64,000 nucleotides of DNA from Geosiphon pyriformis uo1 (lineage: Eukaryota > Fungi > Glomeromycota): NCBI GenBank assembly GCA_016748015.1, contig JAAOMT010000772.1, forward strand, positions 251,541-315,540, in the 5' to 3' direction. Shown piece after piece: positions 12,719 to 25,118 of the stretch. The position numbers were made by a program, and so were the translations under genes. Within the stretch, counting starts at the first letter, position 1. Each line of letters begins with the position of its first letter. The notes beneath the pieces were generated by a model. The model did not search any database. It saw nothing but the letters and a program-made list of their open reading frames with translations, and was not told the DNA's origin.

Positions 12719-13705
12719 TATTACCAGATGTTTTTGGTCTCTTCTTAGCTTTTGTATGTTTGTTGTAATGCTGTTAATTCACAACTATGAGAAGTGTTTG
12801 AACCTCCGATAACTGAATTTATCTTCAAATTATCTCCTATAATTTAAACTGCTGGACTTATAAGTGGAATGGCCAATTCCGTACCAGTTGCTTTGTGTAG
12901 TTATATTGTAGTAAATATCAACTCTTTTTCAGGAATTGCTTGTCTGGAAGCTTACTAAAAATGTGTAGTTACTTTGTTGTAAAAGTCAACTTTTCTACAA
13001 AAATCTCGTCTGTAAGCTACCCTAATGATTATAATAAGAAAATAAAAGAAAGAAAATAAAAGAAATATAAAAGAAATAGAATTCTGTCAAGGGAAACGTT
13101 TTCTATCCAGGCCTGGAGTTACTAACAGTTTACTGAAATTGGTAGTTAATTAATTTCAAAATGTTAATTGGGTTTTTGGAGATTTTCTAAGTGCAATATT
13201 TAAAGAAATTGGTTTTTTTTTTAATTATTTGATATTTTATTTCTTTTTGTGTGTATAAGAATGGTTCTAAGTGATAAATCTAAAGTAAAATACATTTTCT
13301 CGAAGAGAGAAGCTTTTTTTTTATATAACTTGTCATAATACTATTCTATGAACTTGAACTTTGCTCTTTTCTACAATTTCGTTGAACTAAAGATACATTT
13401 CAGCAAACTACAAGTTATTTTTGCAAATTATTAGATATTTTGATGAACTATCAATTATTTTGGCGAATTTCTACAAATTTTGGCAAACTTTTAAATATTA
13501 CATATTTCAGGGTATTGTATGATTGATCATTGCATTTAGGTTACATTTGTGTTATGTACCAATTGGGTTATTAATTAAATAATCATTTCAGACATTTTGC
13601 TAATGTAATAAGTGATAATTTGAAACAATAATATATGCTAATTAATGATAGAAATTATAAAGATAATTTCATGCTAAATAATATCTCTAATTTTGTTTGG
13701 TAACA
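12719..13705 (-). repeat. 3' LTR of element C
   Basis: Closely matches 21572-22547; followed on + by the reverse-complement PPT taatcttcttctcaag. Confidence 0.94.
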
Positions 13706-14393
13706 TAATCTTCTTCTCAAGACTGAGCTTTATTAAAGTCCAAGTACTGTCTGTAATTTCCAAATAGTAATTCAAGATTATTGAAAAATTTTGGTCTGAA
13801 AATTTTTGAAATTCCAGTTTTGTGAGCTTTCCAATGTATTGAATCTTCAAGAGTTGTAAAATTGGGTTTTGTAGGACGTTTTCACAGATGTGAAATAGGT
13901 CATAAAGTCTAAGAGCAGCTCTGAGCTTGTAGCAACTGTTTGTTGGTCCAGCTGTTGTCTTAAAATTGTTGTGGAGTTGTTTTTGAATAGCTTCTTTTGT
14001 GAGGTTTGCTGTTGTAAATTCCAGTTTTTGTTTGTAGAGTGTTTTTCTAATGTGGAAATATCTATAGATTGGAGGGTATTCAGTACTTTTCTCATTGAGA
14101 CACAGTTGAAGTTTTTGTTGAATTGTAGCATTTAGTGGAATACTAATCGGAGTAAGCATTAAGTTTTCTTTTAAAGCAAGCTTTAAAAGTTCTGGCAAGT
14201 GAATTCCAGAATAACTTCTTGTGTTCTTCTTATACGGGTGATATATTTATGAATTTGGGGCTAAATTTGTAACTACTTCTGTTTGGGTATAATTAATGTG
14301 ATTTCCAGTAACAGTAATAGATAATTCAGGTATTGTTTTTAAAGCTAACATTAGTTTTTGGGATAATTATTAAATGTTTTGAGGAATAGTCAT
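13674..14393 (-). pseudogene. Element C ORF3 (accessory ORF)
   Basis: The 174-aa ORF 13674-14198 extends upstream in frame through three TAA stops to an ATG at 14393 (MTIPQNI**LSQKLMLAL..). Motif AALRLYDLFHICENVLQNP..IGKLTKLEF. Confidence 0.75.
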
Positions 14394-14515
14394 TATAAGA
14401 GATTTGAAAATAAAAGAAAATTATTTTTGGTGTATGGGTTTTTATGTTATTTTTGCTTTGTTTTTGTGAGATTGTTTCTAAATTATAAGGAAATAACTAT
14501 AATAATAAATTTAAG

Positions 14516-15901
14516 TTAAGTGTTCAAGTTGGAAAGTTGTTTAATGACAACTATTGGTTCTAAATTTTGAGGAATATCTTTGGGATTAATTAAAGGGGAA
14601 TGTGTACCAATTTGTAAAATTAATGGTTCAGAATTGTGTCTGGAATTATAGTGTTTCAAACAATCACCATGTGCAACTTTTGCTAGGATTTTGTCATCAA
14701 GTCTTAGTTTGTATGATCCGTTGCCTAGAACTTCATGGATAAAGAATGGTTCATCACATTTATTTTCAAATTTTCCACTTCATTGTTTTTTAGCTTTAGT
14801 TCTGTGTAAGAAAACTTTGTTTTTGATTTTAAATTCATTGGTAACTAGAGGCAATTTGTTGTCATGCTGTTCTTTTTGTTGAGCTTGGAAGTATTTAATA
14901 TGGGTGGCTACTATTTGTTGTTTTCCTTCCAATGTACTATGCAGAGTGTAGGCTCTTTGTTGTAGTGTTTCTTGAAAGTTGTCTTTATTAATTGGTTGTA
15001 CTGAGTATGTTTTCATTGTGAAACTAAATGGTAACGTTGCTGTCTTTCTGTAGGTTAAATCAAATGGTGTGTGTTTTGTGGTATCTTGTTTTAGTGTTCT
15101 ATATGCTAGTAACACTGATGGAATAAAGAGATCCCATTCTTGCTCAAAATTAGTTGAGACTTTGGCTAATGATTCACACAATGTTCTGTTGAAACATTCT
15201 ACAAGTCCATTTGTTTGTAAATAGTAGGACAAAAATAATAGTCTCTTGACATTAAATTGTTCACAAATTTCCTGGATTAAATTGTTCACAAAATGTGTTC
15301 CTTGATCAGATAAAAGTTCTATTAGACATCTATGTCTACAAATGATGTCTTCGTAGATGAAGTTTGCTACTGATTTTGTATCTGCTCTTTGGATGGCTCT
15401 AGCTTCAGGCCATTTGGTAAGATAATCTACTGCAACTGCAATATAATGATTTCCTTGGGTTGTGATAGGTAATGGTCTGATTAAATCAATTCCAACTCTG
15501 TCAAAAGGCTGTCCAACTTTGATTGGGTTTAAAGGTTCTGTAGGACAAGTTCCTCCTCTTCTTTGACAACTATCACAAGACTTAACATATTCATGAATGT
15601 TTTTTCTCATTTGAGGCCAAAAGTAATATTCTAGTGTTCTCTGGGTGGTGCTGTCTTTTCCTAGATGTGCTGATGAAGAGTCTGAGTACATGTTATATAA
15701 AATGGTCTCTCTTTTATGTTCTTGTATTAATCTGAGTGGATTGTTTGAGTTCTTGAAGTTTTGATAATAAATTATGTTTTTGTATAAGAAGTATTGTTTG
15801 ACTTGTTGTTGTAATTGGTGTTTTTCATCTGCAAACCAATCTGTTGGGATTGTTAATGTCTTCAAATATTGTTTAAGATTGTTGTAGTTTTCAGGGTTTA
15901 T
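14516..15901 (-). pseudogene. Element C integrase (largely open, 361-aa ORF track entry)
   Basis: HHCC region (HLG..CDSCQR); catalytic core VGIDLI, LLSDQGTHF, NGLVECFNRTL. Confidence 0.93.
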
Positions 15902-15951
15902 TGTTTGTTGTTTTTGTTACTGCTAATTCAAATGGGTGTTGGTTTTATGTT

Positions 15952-18900
15952 CTAATCTTGCCTTATTCTTGAGAGACAATCAACATTGGCATGGAGTTTT
16001 CCTGGTTTGTGATATACAATGTATTAGTAGTTAGCTAAAAATCTTGTTCATTGGGTTTGTTTGGCATTCAGCTGAGTGTTTTTATTTTGAAGCCATTTGA
16101 GTCCAATATTATCAGTGATAATGTCAAATTCTTTAGGCCTGAGATAAAAGTTGAAGTGGTGTAAGGCCCAAATTATGGCTGCTGTTTCTAGTTCTGTGGC
16201 AGGGTAGTTTTTCTCAGCTGGTTTTAATGTTTTGCTAGCATAAGTGATTACTCACTCATTTCTGTTGTCATCTAATTGTGATAAGATGGCACCAAAGGCA
16301 GTGTAAAAAGCGTCTGTAGTTAGTCAAAATTGGTTACTGAAGTCTGAGTAGGCAAGAATTGGAGCTGTTGTTAGCTTTTCCTTGAGAATTTCAAAAGCTT
16401 TTTGGTGTTTTTCCATCCATTTGTATTCGACGTTTTTAGTAGTAAGCTGGTTGAGAGGTTTTGTGATTTCTGAGAATTTTTTAATAAATTTTTGGTAATA
16501 GGATGCTAATCCAATAAATCCTCTTAATTCTGTGGTATTTTGTGGAGTCTTGAAGTTTTTGACAGTGTTGATTTTTCTGGGGTCTGGTTTAATTCCATCT
16601 TTGCTAACAATGTGACCAAGAAAGGCCAAACTCGTTTTTCCGAAGTAGCATTTTTCGATGTTCAGTTTCAATCCTGTTTTCCGTAATTATTGAAAAACTT
16701 CGTGCAGATGTTTTAAGTATAATTCAAAAGATGGTAAATAAACATCAATATCATCGAGATAGACAACTACTGATTTCCAAAGGAGGTCTTTATAAACAAT
16801 ATCTATGAGTCTTTGAAATGTTGCTGGTGCATTGCATAATCCAAAAGGCATTACGTTGAACTTGTAATTTCCTCTTTGAGTGGTGAATGCTGTTTTGGGG
16901 TGATCTTTGGGATCCATGGCAACTTGCCAGTATCCACTCTTTAAATCTAATGTCGAAAAGTATTTGGACTTCTCAAGAGCATCTAGCATGTTATCAATTC
17001 GGGGAAGAGGGTAGGCATCTCCAATAGTAACATTATTGAGTTGTCAATAATCAATACAAAATCATATCTTTCTATTTTTCTTTTTAACTAAGACCATAGG
17101 TGAAGCCCATGGACTCATTCATGGTTGAATAAGCCCATTGTTAAGCATCCATTGTACTTCTTTGCAGATAAATTGGTGACTTTCTGAAGCAATTTGGTAG
17201 ACTTGCTGTCATCTTGGTTTGGCATCTCCTATATAGATTTGGTGTTGAACCAAATCAGTTCTTCCTAAGTCATTGTTGTTTTCGGCAAAGATATTAGCAA
17301 ATTCTGCAATTAGCTCTTTAAGCTGGTTTTGTTGTTGTGGTTTAAGTTGTCCTATGTTGATTCGAGATAGTTTTTCTATGACAACATGGTAATTTTCAGA
17401 GCTGGGGTTTGGGTTGATTTTTGGTAGTGAATGTCCAATGATTTCTGAGAAATTGGGAACTGTTTGGGGTAGTTCTTGTTGAAAGATGTTACTGTGAATG
17501 ACTCCAATTTCTAAGTTATTTAATAAAACTATGGAATAATTGTTGGAATTGTAAAAAGTAACTCAGACTTTCTTTGTTCCTTCTGGAATATAAATGTTTG
17601 GGATTGAAATATTATGTTCCAAACAAATTTGTTCATTGGATTCAAAAATTTGTTGTGTGGTTGTTGGCTTTGGGCAGGTGTAGATTTCCAGATGTTCTCC
17701 AAAAGATGAAATAGTAATTGGTTGTAGAAGTCATAAAATCTGGTGAGATTCACTTTGTTCATTAAGAGCTATGTTTACTGGAACTGTGAATTGTCCAGTT
17801 GAACCAAAACCATTGGTTCCTCTTTCACTTTTTCCCAATTGTTCTCTTTGACTGACTAATTGTAAACCCGAAATGTTGATTAAGGGTAAATAAATAGCTT
17901 GAGCAATTTTTTCAGCATGTTCAATCTGAAAAGGTTTATCAGTTTCATTTTGTAACATGATTGTAATGTCTCCTGTATATCCAGCATCTATGATTCCTCC
18001 TTTAATATTGATTCCTTTGCTTGCCAATGATGATCGTGAAGCAATTTGGATCATTGCTTCTAGTAGAATTTTGAGGACAATTTTGAAGTTGATTTTGGTA
18101 AGGGAATTTGGTTGAAGAACCAAAGTGTTTTTTCCTGGATATTGTAAATCGTATTCAGTATCAATTTCATGTGCTTTTTCTGGTTTTATTCCTTGTCCAT
18201 TGTTGTTGAAGTATTTGAGTTGTGAAACAGGCTGATTTTTGATGAGGTAGATGGGTGTTGTTTCAATTTTTTCTGTTGCTTCAGGTTCTCCAAATTCAAT
18301 TTTGTATTCATTACTTTTGCTGGATAATAGAATGCTAAGAGCATAGCATTCAGGACACCATTATTTGTTACATGGCATTATACACTCCTCACATAATTTA
18401 ATGTTCATTTGCTCTAATCGTTGAATTTGAGCTTCTTGGATTGGGTAGGTGTGACTTGTGATTTGGTGGTATACTTCTACTTCATCTTCATAATTGAATC
18501 CAGCTAATTCCAATGTATATTCAATATATTCAGCTTTTTTCCTTTGAAGGACATCTTCTTTGGTTTCTCTGTTAATTAAAACCATGACAAGTTCATAGAT
18601 CATTTCGGCATCATAGGGGTAGTGATAGAGTTTGCTGAGGATGCTGTTGTATATGGCATTGAAAGGTGTTCCATGTTTTACTTTTTCTGCAATAGAAAGA
18701 GCATATTGACAAGTTTGATCGCAGACTCCTTTTCTAAATACAACATCAATCCAATCACATTCATCGGGAAGCTGCTTTTCACAAGTAAAACAGGGTGTTT
18801 CATCCCATTTTCTGCTTCTTTTGATCAAGTGGCCTCATCATTCTCGATGGCAGGTCTTGCAATAGTAGCAGGTGTAACTTTCATATTCTTCCTCAGGTGA

Positions 18901-21567
18901 AATACAAGCTCCCATTAACGATAGTTTCTTGTGGCAGTCTTTATATTTAAGGGAAATGTAGGGATATTGTTTCCTTGGCTCAGTCTTTGAGTAAGGGATA
19001 TTCCATTCAGGGGTTTTGGGTTTGGAGTGTGAGGTAAAATGTTCTTGTTCAGTTTCATCAGCCCAATTAGATGTTGACCCAAGAGCCATGAATGTTTCAA
19101 TTATTGGTTTTTTTTCTTCTGGTTCGAATTCAAAAGCTGGGGCTTTTTCAGAGTATTTGTTGAATGTACCACAAGTGACAGGTACTTCAGCATGTTGTCT
19201 TTGGTAAGAGATTTGTAGTTCTTGGGTTTTCCAGTCTAATTTTGCATTGGCTTTTTGAAGCCAGTCATTTTTAACAAGAGCTTGATACTGAGGAGCATCT
19301 ATTACAAGAACTTTAACTGGAATGGTAATTCCATCAAGAGTGAACAGAAAATTATCAATTTCTCTCACTGGAGTCTTTTTCATGCCATCGGCAGTAACAA
19401 TTACTATTTGAGCTAGTTGGTTAACATTTCTCTTTAACTGTTGCATCAACTGGTAAGTAATAATACTTCTAACAGATCTACTGTCTAGAATTAAGCAAAT
19501 TGTCTTTTCTTCAACTTCAGTTTCAGTATACATAGCTGTAATTGCTTTCTGTTTATTTGCAGCAGCATTGCTGAGTAAAAATGGTGATTTATTGGCTTTG
19601 AACTCAAAAGGAAAGATATTAAAGAGATTGGCATTTTCAGCAATTCTGGCTGGTAGAATAGTGGTGTGATTATAAGAAAGATTTTGTTGTTGTGCTACAG
19701 CTTTACCTTTTGAGAGTGCAGTATAGTAAAAATTTTGTTTTTCTGGCATTGTTAAATAACTGGGTTGAGTGTGATAGTGGTTGGGTCTTGGTTGAGCAGG
19801 ATTTTGGTGAACCAATTGGTTGTTCGAACTGATTCTATTGTTGTTTACTTGGTATTAATTTTGTGGTGTAAATTGATTTTGTGTAATTAATCTTCGAGCA
19901 GATACTTAATAATGTTGTGTTGGTGGTTGTTGGTATTGCTGTTGGATTAACTGTGGGATAGGCTGATAATAGTTATTTTGGTATTGGGGTCTTGGTAAAT
20001 AGTAAGCTGGTGGTGGTGGTGGTTGGTAATAAGATTGTTGTGACAAAGAATAATGTTGATTACTCCTGTTTTGTTGGTTTCATTATAGCTTTCTGCAATC
20101 TTTTTTCCAGTGGCCAGGAATTCCACAATAATGGCAATTCTGAGGCTGGTTATTAGAAAATGGTGCGAAGTTATTTTGATTTTATCTTTGGGGTGGTTGA
20201 TATCTTTGAGATTGCTGTTGTTGTTGTTGGTTGGTGAAATAGTTTTCAACTTTCTTGGTTAATTGGTCAATCTTTTCTTCAGCTGCTGAGCTGGTTTCTC
20301 TAATAGCCAGGTTAACAAGTTTGGTATGGTTGGCTTCTTCCATGGCCATTTCATAGTTTTTTGCCTGTTAAATAGCAGTGGCTAAATCTTCTAGTGCATG
20401 TGGACAAACTTTCTTGATAAATTTGTCTTTTAGTCTAGCAATGAATTGATCCAAGATTTGTGCATTGGAGTAGTATTCATTGGTTTTCAATTGCCAAATC
20501 CTTCTAAGCAGTTTGTTGAATTTCCCAAGATAGGTCATAACTGATTTACTTGGTTTTTGCTTGATATTTCGGAACCGATTTCGAAGGGTAATGGAAGTGT
20601 TATTGTCAGTGAACTGTGTTAAAAAAGCAGTTTTGAATGCTTTCCAGTGTTCTGGTGGGGCTTCCAAGTTTTCAAACCATTTACTGGCCATTTTTTGTAA
20701 GAAGTATAGAATTGCTTTTAATATTCTGGCAGCGTTCCAACTATTTGCATCTTCTGTTTTTGAGACTTTGTCAAGCCATTCTTGAGGACTGGTTTCACTG
20801 TCTTCTCCTGTAAACTCAGGGATTTTTGCGATATATGTGAAGGCCATTTCTTCTTTATTTTCTGAGTCTTCTGTTTTTTGTTCTGATTTGGTCTTTTCAC
20901 TTCGATTTTCTGCTAAGTAGTTAATAAGGTTTGTGCTGGTTAATATTGGTTTCTGTTGTTGAATAGGGCTTTTGGGTGACTGAAAATCTTCTATTCTTGA
21001 AAACCAAATAAGTGGTGAGTTTGGTGTTTGCAGTTGAGCAAGTAAAGCTGAAAATAGTGTAATTGAGAGTGGTAATTTAAAGCTGGTTCCTTGTTCTGGA
21101 GTTTGTAAATGTTTGGCAGTAGTTTTAGGTGTATTAAGAATAGTTCTGAGTTTTTGTTTCCTTTTTTCTTTTTCTTCTTCTGTTTTTGATTCAAAACTAA
21201 GAGAAAATTTCTGTTCTACTGAGTAATCCTCTTTACAATATTAAATGATATTGAAGTTGAGTTCTTGGAAATATGTTTCAAGTGTTTGACTGTTAAAATT
21301 CTGAGTGTTTAGACGAGAGTGATGTACTAAGCTTTCATATAAGTTGTGTCTAACTTCTGAAATGTTGTAGTCTCTAAAAAAATAATTGTTGATGTGATTT
21401 TCAATGTACTGGTAAAGTGTTTTCTTAAATGTTTCAATTCCGTCTGGGATGTTAAATCTCTGCTTGCAATGGGTGTAGATTGACTGATAATACTCTAGAG
21501 TTCTTGAATCTGTTTGAGTTGCCACTTTTGAAGTTGTTGTTGCTGTGTTATTTCCGTGGGAGAGCAC
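15952..21567 (-). pseudogene. Element C ORF1 (extension, Gag, PR, Cys-rich, dUTPase, RT, RNase H) in one reading frame with scattered stops
   Basis: ORFs starting at 21567, 20847, 19815, 18828, 18123, 16989 and 16671 are all in one frame. RT LDLKSGYWQV, MPFGLCNAPATFQR, YLDD; dUTPase RSSLA, GGIIDAGYTG, KIAQAI, RGTNGFGSTG. Confidence 0.93.
17731..18200 (-). pseudogene. dUTPase domain of element C pol
   Basis: All five trimeric dUTPase motifs are recognisable: AHEIDTEYDL, RSSLA, GGIIDAGYTG, KIAQAI, RGTNGFGSTG. Confidence 0.92.
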
Positions 21568-21571
21568 TAAA

Positions 21572-21883
21572 TATTACTGGAGGTTTTTGGTCTCTTCTTA
21601 GCTCCTGTATGTTTGTTGTAATGCTGTTAATTCATGACTATGGAAAGTGTTTAAACCTTCAATAACTGAATTTATCTTCAAATTATCTCCTATAATTTGA
21701 ACTACTGGGCTTATAAGTGAAATGGCCAATTCTGTGCCAGTTGCTTTGTGTAGTTACATTGTAGTAAATGTCAACTCTTTCCCAGGAATTGCTCATCTGG
21801 AAGCTCACTAAAAATGTGTAATTATTTTGCTGTGAAAGTCAACTCTTTTACAAGAATCTCATCTGTAGGCTACCCTAATGATT

Positions 21884-21915
<32 letters not shown>

Positions 21916-22547
21916 AAATAGAATTTTGTCAAGGGAAACGTTTTCTATCCAGGCCTGGAGTCACTAATAGTTTACTGAAATTGGTAGCTAATCAATTTCA
22001 AAACATTAGTTGGGTTTTTGGAGATTTTCTAAGTGCAATATTTAAAAAAATTGGTTTTTTTTTGAATTATTTGATATTTTATTTCTTTTTGTGTGTATAG
22101 GAATGGTTCTAAGTGATAAATTTAAAGTAAGATACATTTTTTTGAAGAAAGAAGCTTTTTTTTTATACAACTTGTCATAACACTATTCTATGAACTTAAA
22201 CTTTGCTTTTTTCTACAATTTCACTGAACTAAAGATACATTTCGGTGAACTACAAGTTATTTCTACAAACTATTAGATATTTTGGTGAACTATTAATTAT
22301 TTCGGCAAATTTCTACAAATTTTGGTAAACTTTTGAATGTTACATATTTCGGGGTATTGCATGATTGATCATCGCACTTAGGTTACATTTGTGTTATGTA
22401 CCAATTGGATTATTAATTAAATAATAATTTCGGATATTTTGCTAATGTAATAAGTGATAATTTGAAACAATAATATATGCTAATTAATGATAGGAATTAT
22501 AAAAATAATTTCATGCTAAATAATATCTTTAATTTCATCTGGTAACA
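21572..22547 (-). repeat. 5' LTR of element C
   Basis: Matches 12719-13705; PBS tttagtgctctcccacgg follows on the minus strand. Confidence 0.94.
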
Positions 22548-22551
22548 TTGA

Positions 22552-23772
22552 CATGCCAGGCAGAGGAGGAACATGTGATGCAACTTGCCAATACATGATT
22601 CTTATCTGTGACTGGATAAGAGAAGAAACGCTATTCGAAGCAGCATTTAACAAAGTATTAAGAAAACTGCAGCACTACTTACATTACAAGGATGAGTTAT
22701 ACAACACTGCACAAGCCAAAGTAAGAAGAAAAACTGCTGAAGAAATACAATGTTGGAAAGTGTCAGCTGAAATAGCTGACAAAGTCACCAACTACAACAT
22801 ATTCGACCCAGTGGACAAATTCCAAAAAAATTATCAACAGCTGTGTTCCACTTACCAAGAACAGGAACAATATTTTACCCAGATCAACACTTATCTTTGT
22901 GAAAACTGTTTTATCCCATGCCAAAGTGAGCACTGTGAAGAGTGTCAATACAAAAGAGACTTGGCAAGAAAAATGGAAATTGAGAATCAGCAGTACCAAA
23001 ATCAATTAATAAATCAACAAGACTTATCTAATGGTCCTGAGTCAGAAAAATTTGTAGCCTATACTGATCTAGAACAAGAAATCAATATCCAATACTTTGA
23101 CAATGGACACTTAGAGATAATACTCAAAAGAGCCCATCCAACTGACACTGGATTTGATCTATGTTATCTGGAAAACCAATCCACAACATTACCACTTAGG
23201 AGCATCACCAAAATTGACCTAAAAATAGCGGTTGAAATTCCACCAAAAATAATTGTTTAAATAGTACCACAATCAAGCCTTGTGAAAAAAAGAATAAGCA
23301 TTCAAAGAGGAGTAATTGACTCTGGTTACACTGGAAATTTGATGGTTTTGTTACAGAACAATTCAGAAAAATCTTATACCATTGAATCTAAAAAAAAGAT
23401 TGCACAAGCAATTTTCTTACCATTAGTAAAAGTTGGAAAATTTGTATCAGTAGAAAATTGAAAAGAATTGACACAAACAATGAGAGAAATTTATGGTTTT
23501 GGATTAACAAGAAAAAGAATTGAAGCAAATTTTATTGAAATGCCAGAGGAAAAAAATGAATTAATCAGAAATGAGTGGTCAATTATGCTTACATCTTATG
23601 GAAAATCAAAAATTAAAATAAAAAGGACAATAAAAGATATAAATCTAATATTTGAGCCCCACCCAGAAACTTGCCAACAGTTTTCCATAGGACTTACTAA
23701 CTTTTTTATTTCAGCTGACAAAACACAATGGATAAAAATTTTTATCACAAATACCATAGAAGAACTCATATA
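22552..23772 (+). pseudogene. Element B ORF1, part 2: Cys-rich domain, dUTPase and post-dUTPase domain
   Basis: ORF 22553-23260 has CDATCQY, CENCFIPCQSEHCEEC and AHPTDTGFDL, followed by GVIDSGYTG and KIAQAI. Confidence 0.88.
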
Positions 23773-25116
23773 CAGAGGGGTATAAAAAATATTGGACACT
23801 TTTATAATATGTTATATAAAAGAACTAACTTATGAATCATTAATTTTTTATTATTATATTAAAATACATGTTAGTAGTTTGTTTGACTCCCATTTGCTTT
23901 AAGAATAGCTTGAACACGACATGGCTAAACTTGATCAAATTATAATAATAATTTACAGGTATCGTATCTCATTCTTCTTTAAATCACTGTTCCAATTGTA
24001 CGATATTTAAAGGTTGTGAATTATGTTAACAAATTTTAACTTCAATATATGACCAAAAATTTTCTATTGGAGTAATATCAAGACTTTGTGATGGCCAAAG
24101 AAGTAATTCAACATTTGAAAAGGTAAAAAAAAAACGCATGACTTTTGATGTGTGGATTGGTACATTGTCTTCCTGAAAAAAAAAACTTTTTTTTAGTTTT
24201 TTTTGCATGAAGTTTTACCATAGGAATTGCATAATTAGCCAAGGTTTTGTGGTGTATAACTCCAGTAATATGACCAACCAAAAAAACTAAAGGACCCAAA
24301 CCAACCCATAAAAAACATGCGACCAAAGCTTTTTCTAACTGTGGTTGCAATACAATTCTTATGAAACTCTTGGGAAGATTTACACTATACATGTCCAAAT
24401 CTTGTACTTCTAAATTGTGTATATATAAATTCATCTGATCAAACAACTCAGTTAAAATCTTCTACTGTTCAATTTTTATAAGTATAAGCCTATTGTAAAC
24501 ATTTTTCTTTATTTAATTTAGAAATTAATGACTTGAGATGAGAAATGCACAAGCAAAGTCCTTCTTGAGCTAATCTATTTCGAATAATTTGTATAAAAAT
24601 AAATTTGTTGGTATCTTTAATAAAATTTAATTGTATTTGAAAAGAGTTTGGTGGCGAGTTTTTTTATTCTCTATTATTGAATATTTGAGTTGTTCACATG
24701 TGTGTTTGTTAAGAATTTGTGGTCAGCCCATTCATTTTTTAGGAAGTTTTTTTTAGCTTGTATGACTTTCATATACATATTATAGAAGAATGTGAACATC
24801 CAATAGTCATAAAAATTTCATTGTTTGTATGTCCTAACTTTTTTGCAGAAATAATCCCTCTTTTTTGGTATTCAGAAAGTTTTTTTCCAAGCCACATTTG
24901 ATGCGGTAAATTTTTTCATAACAAAAATGTTTGATATTTTATATATATGTGTATAATCCACTGTTGTGTTTTACAAGGATGCAATGTATTTTGATTTTTA
25001 GATTATAACTATAAGTAATTTTAAAAAAAATTATGGCTTAAATTGGTAATAGTATTACAATATATAGTCTTTTTTATATATTATATTAAGTGTCCAATAC
25101 TTTTTATACCCCCCTG
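23773..25116 (-). mobile_element. Tc1-family (IS630/Tc1/mariner, DD34E) DNA transposon, 1344 bp
   Basis: 29-bp TIRs (cagaggggtataaaaaatattggacactt at 23773-23801; inverse at 25088-25116 with 2 mismatches), flanked by TA on both sides. Excision restores ELIYIPENII in B. Confidence 0.95.
23871..24897 (-). pseudogene. Tc1 transposase, decayed (~340 codons)
   Basis: ATG at 24897; motifs VV*SDEF, QEDNVPIH, WPSQSLDITPIENFW (34 residues between D and E); C-terminus RVQAILKANGSQTNY*. Confidence 0.92.
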
Positions 25117-25118
25117 TA

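Larger units (their letters stand above)
12719..22547 (-). mobile_element. Ty3/Gypsy element C, full length (~9.8 kb), nested in B
   Basis: LTRs at 12719-13705 and 21572-22547, PPT next to 13706, PBS 21554-21571. TSD TCAA/TTGA resolves to ancestral TCGA, which restores CDWIDMPGRGG in B. Confidence 0.94.

Noticed and set aside
13674-14198. ORF3 as a retroviral-type envelope gene
   Set aside because: No signal peptide, transmembrane helix or furin-type site is visible in any copy.
14516-14780. Chromodomain at the integrase C-terminus
   Set aside because: Only a GPY/F-like module and a short tail are present; I see no chromodomain aromatic-cage pattern.
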